64,000 nt of DNA from the human T2T-CHM13v2.0 reference genome, Homo sapiens (GCF_009914755.1 NC_060926.1), one strand, 5' to 3'. Shown: positions 11,946 to 27,134, counted from the first letter of the stretch. The notes: generated by a model from the letters alone, not told the origin. Numbers and translations are program-made.

Positions 11946-14900
11946 ATGATTTGTTACATCTACAGCTCACAGGAAGAAAATGGAATCATGTTACTATTCA
12001 ATTGCAACTTAGTCACTAATTAAACTTATTATTATTATTATTTGACGTTGTTTATTATGATAATGCTAATGAAAATGGGGTGGATATTCTGACAATGTAC
12101 TAAATAGAACCATTTTTTAAACTGTTCATTTATATTATGAAAAATTCACTCCTTTCTTTCTCTTCCACATCAACTTTACCTGTATTCTTAAGTGAAAGGA
12201 AGATGTCCATGAAATATAGACAACCAAAGTAACATGGGAAAAAAGCCAAATACTGTAAATCTTTAAGTTTCTTATCCTCACTCTCTGAAAACACATGTAG
12301 ATTATTCAATACTGCTTTTTTCTTTTTACAAATGTGTCTTTCAAATATTAGAACGGTGCTGTGAACTAAGCAAATCTCTCCAACAGTATGTTATATCCAT
12401 AAAGCACATGTCGAGACCCACTTCAGGGATAACTAATACTGTATCAATTTGGGCTACGCTTATCAGTAAGAAACACTTCCCCAAATCAGGATTTAGCCAA
12501 AGATAGATTCTAATTGCCAGAATGCTCCTGCCCCCAATCATTTTTGAGTTGAAAAATCTGAACTTCTTTTGGTTGGAACTAACATGGGTGCAATACAAGT
12601 GAAGCAGAGAAAAAAAAAAGAAAAACTTTGGAGCAAAAAGCATGAGACAACTGATAACTCTGAGTGATGGTTCAAAAAGAATAAACTAATTTATATTTCG
12701 TTTGATGTGTGTTTGAAATCAAAGGGCTGTGATAAGACAAAACATGATAAAAGGAAGAAAAAAGCAATGACCATATGTGTACGTTCCCTTTAAAACAAAG
12801 TATGTACCAATCAACAATAAAGTAATTAGCAATTAGAGTAAAAGGGTGGTTAAAAAAAGACTAAATTCTACCTGAGGTACCATAACAGTAAAAATTTGCT
12901 AAAAGCTAGCAATTTAAAATTCTTCATAATTTCTCAATGAATGTCTGTTTTCTGATACGCGTATTGCCATTCTGTCTTATCTAATCAAGTTTATACCTGG
13001 CTACTAGAATAACCTAACTTTAAGAACATAAATACACAGTAACATGCTTTATGTCTTATCAAAATCACTCCAACTTAGGTATTATATTTTCCAACTAATT
13101 CCCTCATTTTCTTATATTCTGCTGCCTTGTTTGTCTGTTTGTTTGTTCAACTCATCTCAATTTTGGCATTTTCATGTTACGTTGAAATAGCATAGAAATA
13201 GTCTTGTCCAGCCTCCACTTAATTTGCTGCATGAATGAGCCTGGCCTTCAGGCCCTCTGTAAAAGTGAACAGCTTGAGGCTAATAGGTCAATTTTCACTA
13301 CAGCCAGATGCCTTTGCTTTCAAAGCTCACTTGTAGGCTGAACATAAATTGGATATATTTGTTCCAAAACAATATATGACAGTTGTACCTGGTATTGTAC
13401 TTATTCACTTTAGCAAATATTGCAAAAACTGGTAAAATATGATTGTAAAAATTATTTCTCTAAAAATTATGTTCACTATTTTATGATGGATACAAAAATA
13501 CATCTGTGTTATAAAGTGTGATGAAACAAATGTAAACTCTGAGAAAATAATCATAAAAATTTAGAGGAATTCTACACTTAGATTTCTTTATATTAGTTTT
13601 TATATTCTTACTCAATTTAAAAAAATTCAAACTAGAAATCATAAATATTGTATTATGGATGTGATCTATATAAGACAGATGAGGCAGAGTTCAAAATCAG
13701 GTATCTATAATAAAAGAAAATGTCTTGCCCCTAGGTGAAAAGACTAAATAATTACTGTGGGTTCACATGCTTTACATGAACATACATTGTTTAATGTACA
13801 CTAACAGTATTATTAGTGATTTTTCTGCCTTAACCCACTTGCTTCAATTGAGCAACTAACTACAAGTTATGATCACATTAGATAAGAACATTTTACCATA
13901 TGTTTTACTTCTATATTCCCCCACAGTAGATGGAAATTTTTGATGGCAAGACCCCTTCCTTATACATTTTGGAGCCTGGGAATAAGACTGCATGTATCAT
14001 CTGAGAGATACTGTGTAATACTTGACATCTTATCGTTTTAGGATGCAGCATAACTATGCCTTCTCAAACCAGCCTGCTCTCATTGTTATGTTTAGGTGGA
14101 TGTGTTGCCCACACCCCATTTATTCTCTATTAGTGAACCCTATTTATTTTCCTTTATTAATAATGTATAAAAATGTGTAATTCTGTAAGTAGTAGCTATG
14201 GCCACTGCCTATTAAGCTTCATGAAACCACTGTTCACATTTTTCCAATTCACTTACAGAACTTAGTGACCACCATATCATAGGTGTTCAATAAATAGTCA
14301 CAGAATTAAATTAACTCATTTCTTTTCTGCTCTGCACAAGCCACAGGCTATCTATCTCCCAAAGAGGCCATGATTCCTATTCAGGGTCTCATTGTGTGTG
14401 GTTACTTATATTTAAGTTAAGGAGCTCCATCTGAAAGTTAGCTATCATTGATTGCTAATTATATTTCTTCCTTCAAAAATCTCTTATCTCACTTTTCTGC
14501 TAATTCATGCTCGTCATCTCTTTCGGGACAAGTTTTAAAACCCACTACTACAGGAAACTTCTTAGCTCTGCTACCCTCTTCAATTCACAGTATGCTTTTA
14601 CTCTACTTCCCCTCAGCACATGTAAAGTTCCTTCTACTTTGAAATTAAATAAATATTTATAAATAGTTATGAAATATTTATTTAGAGTTTGAGTTTAGAT
14701 TTGTGTTATGTATATATATTTCAAATAATGAGTATAAATATATATATTACAAATTTTAGAATATCTTCTCCCCCACTTCATCTATGTATACATTGTACCT
14801 ACATATGTATATATGTATACATGCATATATATATCCATTCTCTAATTACTATGGATGCATACTGGGCAAAATAATTATCCAAAATATATTTTTTAATTTT

Positions 14901-15124
14901 TTTATTTTACAAATTTGTTTTACCCCTAAAATAAATTCACAATTAATCATTTAAATTACAGTATTTCCAGTTGTGAATTTGACAAATCTTTCATGAAGCA
15001 TTCAGCTATATAAAAGAAACACCATATAGTAAAAAATATATATCAATGGCTTATTCATTCCATCAACTAGCACAAATTCATAAAGCATAACCACATGTGG
15101 AGTGCTCTGCAACCAGTCTTTTCA

Positions 15125-15438
<314 letters not shown>

Positions 15439-15860
15439 ATATAATAAGTACATATAATTTTTATTCATCTGTTTCAATGATTTAAAAATTATATTATCAG
15501 AGCAGCTGGCCTCAAGGTGAGTATCATTAAATGTAGATATATTCTATTCAGAAGTATAAAGAATAGAGATCATCTTGGAAATGGAACTGACCCTAAATGC
15601 AAGCAGCTGTTTTCCAGAATTCTATGTTCCTAGAAATGAGTAATGACTGTATGGATTTCAAGTATAGATAAACTGACAAATTTCCACATGTAAATTTTCC
15701 AGTGCAAGGGAGGATATTTTTAAAAATATTAATGTTCTTCTCTTTTATATATTGATTGTACCTAACCTTATCCCTTGAAACAGATAAGATTCTTAGAGCA
15801 AGAATGCTCTAAGATAGTGTTTTTTGTTTCTTACATTAAAAGAATTTTGCAGTAAAGCAT

Positions 15861-16892
15861 TGTTGGCAGAGAAAGGATTTTCTAAATTCCTCCTTCATCT
15901 ATGCCTCCCCGACCTCATACCTCTCAAGAGTAAGACTTGTTTGATTATCTCACAGAATTATATATAAGGAAGGTTCAGAAAGTAAGAGAAATGAGGGAAA
16001 TATATTTTCTACCAGCCCTAAGGAATCCTGGGGAAAGAATGAGAACAAGAAGAAAGACAGTAGATGTGAAGTTCTTATTTTGTTTCTCCTTCTTTCTTGG
16101 TGACCCTAGGGTTGACGGTGGGTGAAATGTTTACAAATATCAAGGTAAGGGAAAACGAAAGGTAGAAGGCTTTTGCTGGGCTCCCGCTTCACAGTAAAAT
16201 GGCTTCCCGCACAGCTGCAGCCAGGCCAAAAATTAAACTTAGTAGTGATTTGTGTGGTCAGACAGAAAAGTCTCTGATATTTAGCCTTCCTGAATGGAAT
16301 GAATGGGAGCAAGAAGCAGATGATAGTCCGGAAGGGCAGATCGCAAGAGGAGACCTTCAGCAGAGTGAGGGACAGAAGTCAAGAAGGGAATCATCTGAAT
16401 CAAAGTCAAATGGGAGTCACAGCCAGGTTTAACAAGTTCTGCAGGCTGGAAAAGCTGAAGTAAAGCTCACTCAGCTCGGGAGGACTATGTGTCCCGGGCT
16501 AAGACAAGAGAGATCAAAACACAATTCACAGCAGACATTGACTTGTTCAAGCAAATGTCAGGCAAGCCAGAGCCATTTAGAATCCAGAAGATCCAGAGGA
16601 CATAATGAAGATCTGAGGATCCCCCCTCCGTCAATGCCAAAAGTTTACATAAGTCTCTTGCTCCCATATCAAAATTTTGTCTTAAGGAAGAGCAGAGTTG
16701 GGGATGGGAGTATGAAGGAAACCATTTAAAATAATCAGACTGAGTTTGCCAATAGAACTAAAAATTAGATAGTTTTGTTTACCTCTTCTTTACCAACACG
16801 TGAGGAAGACAATATCTATTTTTGGCCAAAGGAAAATGCTAAAGATGTTCTGTGTATCTGAGTGGTATTGTGCATAAATTATGTCCTCAATA
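15861..16892 (+). mobile_element. Probable ancient solo LTR (LTR78/MamGypLTR-like)
   Basis: The 3' part 'gactgagttt...ttttgtttacctcttctttaccaac...tgtatctgagtggtattgtgcataaattatgtcctc' resembles the recalled ends of these LTRs; purine-rich body of ~1 kb. Confidence 0.4.
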
Positions 16893-17019
16893 TATTAATT
16901 TAGGGAGATGTACGATATGATGATATGACTTTAAATAAATTTGGATCTACTGCTACACAACAGTTAGTTCTTTATCCATATGTGAAATAAAATAATAATT
17001 ACTAATAATAACACATGGC

Positions 17020-17240
17020 TAACATCACTTTTTTAAGATGGTCCCAAATTAATTACATGTTATTTTCATTTATTCTTCGCAATAATCTGGTTAGGGTACT
17101 CTTATTATTCCCATCTTTACAGATAAAAAAATAAAAAATAAAAATGCAGAGAATGGTTATATCATTTGTGAAAGTTGTAGAGCCAGGATTTCCACCCAGG
17201 CATTCTGACTCCAAAGCTTGCTTTTTAAATCACTGGCTAT
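17020..17240 (-). mobile_element. MIR SINE
   Basis: 'attattcccatctttacagata...gtagagccaggatttccacccaggcattctgactccaaagc'. Confidence 0.8.
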
Positions 17241-17784
17241 GAGACTCAATGATTTTATTACAGTGTTCACTTTTATCTAAATTTGTGGGCAATGTGTTGC
17301 TTGGCACCAAGTAGAGAAATGTGTGGATAAATAAAACAATTTTTTACTGAGTTGCTCATGTCCACATTCTAACATGGCAAATAGATTTTGGGTTGTTTCT
17401 ACATGACATTAAAGAAATATTGAACTTACTTAAACTAAATGAGTTAGAAATTCCTCTGTTGGAATTCCAGTGCCTTTATTGCCCTGTTTACCATTCCATG
17501 TTTTAACTGAGGACATCCATTTAAGTTATGAAGTGGAGACTCTTAATATAACGATTAATTTCAGGTAGCCTGTTTTTTTGTTATTCCTCTTACCACGGCA
17601 TTTTCTTTCTTATTTTCTCCATTCTTTCAACTCATTCATTTGATCTCTATTCTCTCCATGTTTATCTTATCCTTGTCAGACTATTTAATCAGTTTCTTTT
17701 GGGGAGGGCTATTTTTCTTCACTAATCCTCTGCCCTCTTCTGTCAATGTTATACACACAACTATGACATAAAGAATATTAAAAT

Positions 17785-17922
17785 AAGAGCTGGAGACTCC
17801 AAAAAGTAATTTGATGTTGGCTAAATCATTTCATTTTTCTAGGACTCAGTTTCCTTACCCAGAAAATAAAGAGATTAAACTAGAAAGTTTCTAAAATTTA
17901 CTCCATATCAAGAATTCTTGAT
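17785..17922 (+). mobile_element. MIR3/MIRc fragment
   Basis: 'ggctaaatcatttcatttttctaggactcagtttccttacccagaaaataaagagattaaactaga'. Confidence 0.6.
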
Positions 17923-18299
17923 TAAGCTTGTTGAGCTTGCTATTTACATTTTACATAGAAGATAATTACTTTAGGCTGTGTCTACGTGATGCCAAATATT
18001 AAATTGATTTAATAATAAAAAACATTTAGCCCATCATCCAGATGTTTTGTGTTCAAAACACCAAACATCTGGAAGAACCGGCTCTTGAACTGATTTGACC
18101 TGACATTTTAAACACCACTGTGTAGGACCAGCCAATGAATACATTAGTTGAACTGATCATATCTAGTTTCCAATAAACATTTCAATATGTAAGTCAGGTA
18201 CTTATGTCCAGTATCTGTTTTGGATTTGCAACTATGTTCTAACTTCTCAAGAGTCGATTGAAATTTGAATAAAATATTAGAAGCTTGGTGAACTTTGTT

Positions 18300-18680
18300 T
18301 ACAGAAAGGTCCGTCTCGTTGAATGATCCTATGAATAGCCTATCTTGAACTTGAAGATGAGACAACCCTCCCTACAGGAGCTTTGATATGGATTTTGGAA
18401 TCCTTAGAAGAATTAATACCAATGCTACTGTAATTCTATTTGTTATTCCATTAACTTATAGTGTCTATCTTCTATATACATTCATATCCACCTTTATTCC
18501 TTAGAGACACGGTTTGTTCATTCCTCTTGATCATTCCTTAGAGGTGATGAAGCACATTTGGTCACCATCCTCCTTATAAAAATAACTGAAGTACTTGAAG
18601 ATGCTCCCCTTCAGGATATCATCTTCCAGATGAACTGTGTAGAGAACCTGTTTAGTTTTCAACTCAGAACTTATTTTGCC
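18300..18680 (-). mobile_element. L3/CR1 LINE fragment
   Basis: 'gtcaccatcctccttata...aagtacttgaagatgctccccttcagg...cttccagatgaac' resembles the antisense CR1 3' region. Confidence 0.45.
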
Positions 18681-19044
18681 ATTGTCAAAATGTAGAGTAT
18701 GTTTGCTGGAATAAACAGAATGAAATGAATAATTATGATTGTATGATCATATGGCCTTAAGGTTATCGAAGGAACTTGGATAAAAATAATCATGAATGGA
18801 GACTCTTTTGAAGTGGAAAGAAAGTTCAGTTATGGTAAGTCACAGTAACAAAAGCTGCTATTTATTAATTACCTACTTGTACTATTGACATTAAAAAACA
18901 AAATAGCATCTTCATTACTTAAGACACAAAGTTTCAGAAGAAATTGTCCAGCCATACAAGAAGCTATCTGAACCAGAATTCAAACCCTGGTCTGTCTCTT
19001 TCCAAAACCTATGTGTTTTCCAATATACAATATTGTTGCTGTAT

Positions 19045-19443
19045 CAAAAAGGGCCATTATCTCACACAAACCCCAAAGACTTATTTGAACTGTTTTGCAA
19101 AGTTATAAAAGATTATTTTATCATTGGGATATTTTACATAAAATCCAGATTTCCAACTTCTCTAGAAAAAGTTGCAATACCTAGCAACACTGAACTGACA
19201 ATCAGTGAGTTAACAGTAAGTTGCAGCTGCCTCTGGCAAAATAGGCATATACTATCCCATTTGCATGAATCTTCACCATTCCCTATTACATTACTATTAA
19301 TGTGTATGAATGTCTATTATTGTATCCAAATACTGAATAGTATGCCATTAAATCACTAGAGTATACCAGTGATTTAATACCCAGTCTAATTAGCTTATTT
19401 AAGTTACATGCATAGCGTCATTTATATGCATGTGAAAACACCT
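19045..19443 (+). mobile_element. MER102-like hAT-Charlie DNA transposon fossil
   Basis: 'ttttacataaaatccagatttccaacttctctagaaaaa...agcaacactg' and 'caccattccctatt...ttatttaagttacatgc' match the recalled MER102 consensus. Confidence 0.7.
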
Positions 19444-20846
19444 AAATATTAAAACAAATGTGGGAGAAGAACCCAGAGTTGAAAAACTAAACAAATTTAA
19501 ATGAAGTTTTCACTTATTTACTGTTACGTTAATGGATGTGGTGAGAATCTCTCTTTAGTCGTGAAGAGAGATATATCTATGATTTTCAGTCTGTTGGATA
19601 AATAACTGTGCCCAAATTAACATTCATGTAAATGGTGAGGCAAATGTATCAAGGACATGACATGATTTATACACCAAAAAATGTGACACATAGGCAGTGT
19701 TTTTGCCACAACATCCAGATGGAATACATGACATGATCTAAAAGATGGAAATCTTTCCATTCAAAAAAATGTGATCACAGAGCCAACATGCTCTTTCTCC
19801 TCTATAAGGTTATGACATATATACATCTGTCACCCAGCTGTGTAATTCAGATTTGCTAAAAATAAGAGATGATATTTTCAAATAAACAAAGCTTACCATT
19901 AATTTTTTGGACAAAAGTTTTGAGTCTGACAAATTCCATATCAGATGCCAAGTCTTATCCTTTCAGTCTGTCATGGTTTTACCATGAATCCAGAAGGGTT
20001 AAATGCCATCATATATTAAGAAATGTTGTTTTCCAGTATTTCTCTAATAGTCCTTGTAAAAACATAGTCTCATAAATACTTGGCAGAAAAGTCCAGTTAT
20101 AGGAAATAGTAGCATCGCATACTTGAGCTTGCATAGTTTTTAAGAGGCAAAATTGTTGATTGGAACACTCAGAAAAAGACAAAAGGAATAATGCATGGTA
20201 TTTTGCTGATATTTTATGTATTTATTTGTTTAATGAATATTTACTGTGTACTTACTCTGTGCTAGACACTGGGCCAGGCATGGTACATACCATATTTTAA
20301 AAAACACAAAACAGCTAGACATTATCCTTGCTCTCAGGCAGCTTGCTCTTGAGTGGAAGGGAAAGCCTCTACAGAATCATATGTAAAAATATTCTCTGGC
20401 AAATGCTATGGAGATTTGACCTGGACGGGAGTGGACTCCTTGAGAAAATGAGGTTTTGAAATCTGAAAGGAAGAATAGGTGTTAAAAGGTGAAGAAACGA
20501 GAGGTGAACATGTTAAGCAGAGCAAACAGCATTTACAAAAGGCCTATAGTGGGGTGCAGCATAGTGAGTACGAAGGGACCAAAGAATTTCATTATGGCTG
20601 GACAGAGAGCAGAGCTGAGTGTGAGATGAGGCCTGGGACGTGGAGAGAAGCCAGGCTATGCAGGACTTTGTTTGTCATGTTAGACAGCTGGTCTTCAATA
20701 AATGGGAAGCTACTGAAGAGTTTAGGTGGAAAATAGACTGATTTGTGTTATGAAAAGATCACTCTGACTGCCATATGAAGAAGTGATTTGATGGAGGCCA
20801 GAATAAATGTAGGTAGACAAGCTAGTATACTTCTGTAGTAAGTACG

Positions 20847-21390
20847 TGTATTAGTTATTTATGTCTGCATACCAAATGACCCCAAAACTTAATGGCTTAA
20901 AACAATAAACACTTATTATGTCACAGATTTTGTGGGTCATGACTCTGGGCAGGGCTTAATTGGGTTCTCTGGCTGTAACTCTCTCACAAGTTTACAATCA
21001 AGGTGTCGTCCAGAGCTGCTGTTATCTCAAGGCTTGACTGCAGGAGTATCTACTTCCTTGCTCACTCAAGTGGTAGTTGGCAGCATTCAGTTCCTCGTGG
21101 GTTCTTGGATGAAAGCCTCAGTTTCCTTGTGGGCCATGGCCAGAGGTCTCCCTCAGCTCCTTGCCACTTGGGCCTCTCCAAAGGCTCACAATGTGACAGC
21201 CGAGTTTCATCAGAATAAGCAAGGAGAGAGCAAGGGAATGAGAGCATGGCAGCGACCCTAATCTCAAAAACGCCATTCCATCACTTTGACCATATTCTCT
21301 TTATTAGTATTTAGGTCCAGCTGGCACTAGAAAGTAGGAGATTATACAAGTATTTGAATACTAGAAGTCAGAGACTCTTTGAAGATCTTA
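20847..21390 (-). mobile_element. MLT1F-like MaLR solo LTR
   Basis: 'tgtattagttatttatgtctgcataccaaatgaccccaaaacttaatggcttaaaacaataaacacttattatgtcacag...'. Confidence 0.8.
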
Positions 21391-21487
21391 AAAGATAATG
21401 ATACCCTGGATTATGAAGAGATACAGAAAAATATGTGGATTCAAGACATATATATTTAGAAAAAAATCAAATGAATTTGTTGATAGA

Positions 21488-21893
21488 TGATTGTGGGATA
21501 AATTGTATCTCCCCCAAAATTCATGTTAAAGTCTTAACCCCCAGTACCTCAGAATGTGACTGTATTTGGTGATAAGACTTTTAAAAGGATGATTAAATTA
21601 TTTACAGCTGTTAGGGTGGGATCTAATCTACTCTGATTGATGTCCTTATAAAAAGAGGAAATTCAGACACACAAAGAGACACCAGAACTGTGTGTATAGA
21701 CAGGAAAGATCTTGTGAGGACACAGTGAGATGCTGACCATCTGCAAACCAAGGAGAGAGGGCTCAGGAAAAACCAAACTGAGACACATTGAGACTTGACT
21801 TCTAGCCTCCATAACTGTGACAAAACAAATTCCTGATGTTTAAGCTGCCCATTCTGTGGTATTTTGTTATAGGAGTCCTAGCCAACTAATACA
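21488..21893 (+). mobile_element. MLT1A0/MLT1B-like MaLR solo LTR
   Basis: 'ccccaaaattcatgttaaagtcttaacccccagtacctcagaatgtgactgtatttgg...ctgtggtattttgttataggagtcctagccaactaataca'. Confidence 0.88.
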
Positions 21894-22191
21894 ACTGTTA
21901 ACTCTGAGGGATGAGGGAAATAGAAATATCAACAATTTTTGTCAGGCTGTTTAGTTTAACTGGATCAATAGTGATGCCTTGCTCTAACAGGAAATACTAA
22001 AAGAGGATCAAGGTTAGGCAGATCATTTTTTCTTTAATTAAAAATATTCATTGTTCACCCACTGTTACTAGACACTTCTAGACACCAGGATAGAAAAGAG
22101 ACAAAGCAAGCAGTCACTGACTTCATGGAGCTTATATCCCATGTAATGTGTGGGTCTGTTGTTCCAAACAGAGATCTGAGGTAGAGATAGA

Positions 22192-22257
22192 TGCATTAGT
22201 AAGTGTTCTCCAGAGAAGCAGAACTAACAGGAGATAGATTAGATGGATGATTGATAA

Positions 22258-22296
<39 letters not shown>

Positions 22297-22300
22297 TACA
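22192..22300 (-). mobile_element. MLT2-family LTR terminal fragment with embedded (TAGA)n
   Basis: 'tgcattagtaagtgttctccagagaagcagaactaacaggagata' resembles the MLT2 terminus seen at 45267. Confidence 0.7.
22232..22297. repeat. (GATA)n tetranucleotide microsatellite
   Basis: About nine uninterrupted GATA units from 22261, with degenerate units upstream. Confidence 0.95.
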
Positions 22301-22761
22301 ATTGTTTCACAAAAGCCAAGGGAAGACAGGGTTTCAGAGACGAGGCAGTAGTCAACAGAATGGAACACTGGTGGGAGCACAAGTGAAATGAGGGGTGAAA
22401 AATTTGTGTTGGAATTGGTGTCATGGAGGTCAGTTGTAAGCTAGGTAAAAGCTGGATGGGTAGAGGGTCAAGACTGAAGAATGTGCTGAGTAGATAGTAA
22501 AAAGTGATGACATGTAAAAAGGGAGAACAGTCATCTTTTCCAAAAAATGTATGTGTGGATGGGCAGAGAGAAGGAGATGGTTGACTGAATGAGAAGAGGG
22601 TAAATCTACACACAAAAGAAGAAGTTTAATAAATCATGTGGGGCTGCTGAGAATAAAAACATAAAACTCTAGTCACAGGTGATGGGAAGGATTGGCCCCA
22701 GGTAAGAGGGGGAGCCTCATTATGAGACGTAGGCAGCTTGGACATGTGGTTTCAGGAGAAG

Positions 22762-22995
22762 GCAATATGTATAGTGGTCAAAGGCATAGACTCAAATTAG
22801 AATCCTGAGTGAAAACCTGACTGTCGCTTGCTAGCTGTGTGACTGTGGGCAAAGTATTTAAATTATCTGTGCCTCTATAAACAGGTGATAGAAATAGCGC
22901 CATTTTCCTAGGGTAGTTGATATATGTAAATTTTAAAAACTAGTGCCAGGCATATGGTAAGCATTATGTATATATTTATCATTGCTATTATTACT
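22762..22995 (+). mobile_element. MIR SINE
   Basis: 'tagtggtcaaaggcatagactc...ctagctgtgtgactgtgggcaaagtatttaaattatctgtgcctc...tagtgccaggcatatggtaagca'. Confidence 0.85.
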
Positions 22996-25900
22996 ATCTC
23001 TCTGAACTAGAAGTCAGATAATCAACTCATAGTGAGAGTGAATGGGGGTGGGGGTTAGGGTTTGATGTAGGTAGAGAGGGTTAGAGAAGGAAATGCTGAG
23101 AGTAGGAAAGTAGTACAGAGATGCTGTAGTTGAATTGTCTAGTAATGTTGAATGTCCTTTCAAGGTTGGGATTATGAATTTGTCATAGACCCAGGTTGTT
23201 CTGTCATGTGAATATTCCAGCAGTGCTTAGCCATTTGGAAACAGAAGCAGAGAAAGTAGATATCTGAATACAATTAGATTGAGTTTTGCCAGATAGACTT
23301 TTAACACCAAGAGAGAGTAGGGCAAGGGAGTTTGAAAATGTTGGCAGAAAACTGTGTTTCATGGACTGGATAAGTCCTGGATAAGGCTGGATAAAGAAGG
23401 ACATGAAGGAAAGAGCTGGAGGTTGAATTTGGACACAGTAGAGGAGGCTCATAAGACAAGTATTATGACCATACATCATAATACCACATCTGGCTTGTCA
23501 AGATGACTATCTATTAACTATAATTTAAACCCAACATGTATCAGTTAAAATAGGATTTGGTGTGATCTAAATAAGCAGTAGTAGTGCAAGGTAGAATAAT
23601 TTAGTGTGTCTTAGTCTGCTAAGAAATAGTAAGTAAAAGTACACCAGTCGATTACATGAAAGCCCATTAGGTGATATCTTTAGGACAGAATCCCTTTATC
23701 AAGATATTATATGAGAGAAGAAAAAGAAAATGATAAGTTAGCATTACTTCCCACAGGCAGTGTAACTTGCTGGATGAAAAGAGTGTAGTAATTGAGGAAG
23801 ATTTTTGAAAAGGCAGGGGGTAGAAGAGAATTCACTCAATTTGCATTGTTTCTTAGTGAAACATAGGGTTTTAAAATGGCTCTCAATGTTACTACTCAAA
23901 AGAAAAAAGTCATACCTTGGCTTGATATGCTGAGATCCTTTGAATGAGTGATGTAGTCGAGCTAATATGACTGTAATTTTCTCTCTAACTTCTGAGACCC
24001 TTGAGAAATTCCCTATGTGATCTCAAATCAATTATTTCATTGCATGCTAAAGATTAAAATAATAAAGAAGAACAATTATTTTCCTCTTGGAAGAACAAAG
24101 ATTTACATACATAATTTGGAGTGCTCTAGATAGGATGCTAAAATCTGAGCCAGACTTTGGATTCTTTTAGGAAAACCAAACTTTAAAGTGTTACAGCTTT
24201 AAATTTCATAAAGCCTGAAAATTCTCAACGCCATTACCTGTTAAGGATTTTCCATAATAATATTGAATATATAATAAAAACTCACAATTATTATTCAGAG
24301 ACATTATGTAGAAATAACTGAAATATATATTTGTGTCCAGAGGATTCATTCACGTATTGTTAAGGACTAAGAAGGTTTTGTGAAGCCTAGAAGAACAATA
24401 TTGCATCTAACAAAACAGGTCAGTGTGAAGTTGCTTTATTGCCAGGACAAGGCAACATCCCAGTAGCCATTTTAGATCAGAGGATGAAGAAATAAATGGG
24501 CTCAAGACACAAATGGCTTGCGAGAATACCATTTCCTCAGGGAGGGAAAAAGGGTTAGAGAAAGATATAAAGGGTCAAAAATATTTTTAAATTTATGCTA
24601 ATGTTAAATAATTAAATTTAATTCTAACATTACTTAGCACATTCAGCAGATGATATGAAACGAGAAAAGATGCAATTGCACAAATCAGCAAATGGATCCC
24701 TTGCTTAGTTAAATGTTTTAGCAATCGGTTCAGTTGGAATACAGTGGTTAATTAGAGTAGATTCTGGCTAGAAACCCAGTCACCGAGTCTCATCTTGGTT
24801 TTTATAATAACCATGGGCAAGAGTTCAGCCTCTCTAAGCCAGTTTCCCCACCTATAAGAAGCACTTAAATTTAATTGATTTCTGTTACTCTTTTCAGCTC
24901 TAAGTTCTGTGACTGTTTCTGGGGCTCCAGTTTTCTTGATCAGCTGCAGCAACACTCCCAGCTTAATAACTTAGAGGTATTCACAAGCGCAAGATTATCT
25001 GTTACTTGTTGGAGATAGAATCCAAGAAAGGCTTAATTTCATGATTTTAAAGAGACCCAAGGAAGTGTATTTCCTCCATGTGGTTTTGGTTTAGGAAAAT
25101 GTAAAGTACAACTCTGACTCAACTTGTGGGTGGTCAAATGGGGGGAAAGTAAACACAGGCTAGTTCTGTAATATGTTAGGGCATTGCAACTTTGTGTTTG
25201 TAGAAGCAGCCTGAGAAAAGATAAACAAACAAATGCTCAAATCAAGTGAAAAAAGAAAGCTTTTTGTTAGATCCAGCTATAAACACTTGGAATACACTGC
25301 TTCATAAAATGGAGAAAGCTAAGATGTCAGTCTGATTATTTTACCATTCTCCTCCACTCCCATCACCCAAACAAATATACACACAAAGAATCCACCTAAA
25401 AATTATCTTTGCAGCATTAATAATCTGCAATTTAATGTCAAGTAAACCAAAATCCCATTTTACAAAGTTCTTGGTCACGGTTTTTAATATGTATTTTATC
25501 CTAACATTTTTAAACTATATGTTATTTTTATATGATAGAATGTAACAGAGAGTGGCAGAGGCCCACATAGAACCTACATGTTTATTCAAAAGGAGTCACA
25601 TTATTACGACATTGAAGCTTGTCTGGAGAAAATGTAATGGAAAATTTGAGGGATATATTGCGAAAGTTTTCCCACTGACTTTTTTTTATAGAATATTGAC
25701 TGTATACCTCTAAAAGATAAGATTTTGTTTCACATAGATTATATTATTTAAAATCTTACAAAATGTATTAGTTATCTAAACATAAAAAACATTAAAAATC
25801 AATTTAATGCCATCTTGCTAACTAATAAAGAAAAATCAATCTGTAAGGGAGTAAATCGCTAAGAAAATGCCCTCTTTGACATGATTTGTGATTGAGGAAG

Positions 25901-26383
25901 TGTATAGAGGATATGTGGTATTTCTCGTTTATAATGATTTCAATTAATTCAAATAACTTTTGAAAGGAAATTATTAGTGTAATTTTGGGATTATACATCA
26001 AATTCCATACTTGGAAGTGTTGGAAGTATTATTTTTATTACAAAGTTAGTTTTTATATTTTTTAAAAAACACCTCCTTTCATTATCAAATGTATCTGAAG
26101 AAAAAAATAGGATGCTGAAATCTTAAAATTAGAAAAAGCATTTTATTTGAGTCAGTTTACTTATTTTTCTTGCCGTTTTCTCTATGTATGTATAATATAA
26201 CCATACTCATAGGTGTGTATAGATGAGGCTAATGCTAAGACAGGAGCTAAAATAACAAGACTCAAACCGCAGTTATTGGCCCATAGGTAGCTCATTTCTG
26301 TGCTGAGATTACTTAAAATGTCTAATTTCTATTTAAAAGTTCAGAAAATTAGCAATCTATTTTATTTTTAAAAGACGAATACT

Positions 26384-26698
<315 letters not shown>

Positions 26699-27134
26699 TC
26701 AACTTTCAACCCTTTAATTAATTAGCTAATAATGTTTTATTGTTTTACCATGCAAAAGGACATTGTGATTTGTAGTTAATTTCAAAGACATTTCTTTGAA
26801 TTTAAGAAAGTTTGACTTTAAGCTTTTAAAATAATTTAGTCAGTCGATTCATTCCTTTGTCAACAAGAAGGAGGTAGGAGGGTCTTACACACTTTACTGT
26901 AAAAGAATCTGTGACATACAGGTAGATTATAAATTACTTTTGAAACATCCATTGCAATTTGCTTCTCTCTCTCTCTCTTTCTCTCTCCCTCCCTCTGTTT
27001 TTAGTATTGTATTGGTGCCACACGTGGTTGTGGTGTATTATTTTACTCTTTCAAAGTGATGTCTTTCATAGTTCTCAGATTTAAAGAGCTCTTAAAATGA
27101 AAAATCAATTATTTTAAATATTTAGTTGCTTGAA

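Larger units (their letters stand above)
20220..23460 (-). mobile_element. L2 LINE fragments (at least two 3' ends) interrupted by LTRs and a MIR
   Basis: Antisense L2 3' ends at ~20220 ('ttaatgaatatttactgtgtacttactctgtgctagacactg') and ~22045; purine-rich L2 body between the insertions. Confidence 0.7.

Noticed and set aside
15791-15814. Perfect 10-bp hairpin tcttagagca-agaa-tgctctaaga (similar short inverted repeats at 19347-19378 and 62964-63006)
   Set aside because: Short and AT-rich; close to what is expected by chance and without supporting context.
16199-16729. Two hydrophilic ORFs (77 and 80 aa)
   Set aside because: No recognisable protein similarity or splice signals; they lie in a probable ancient LTR.
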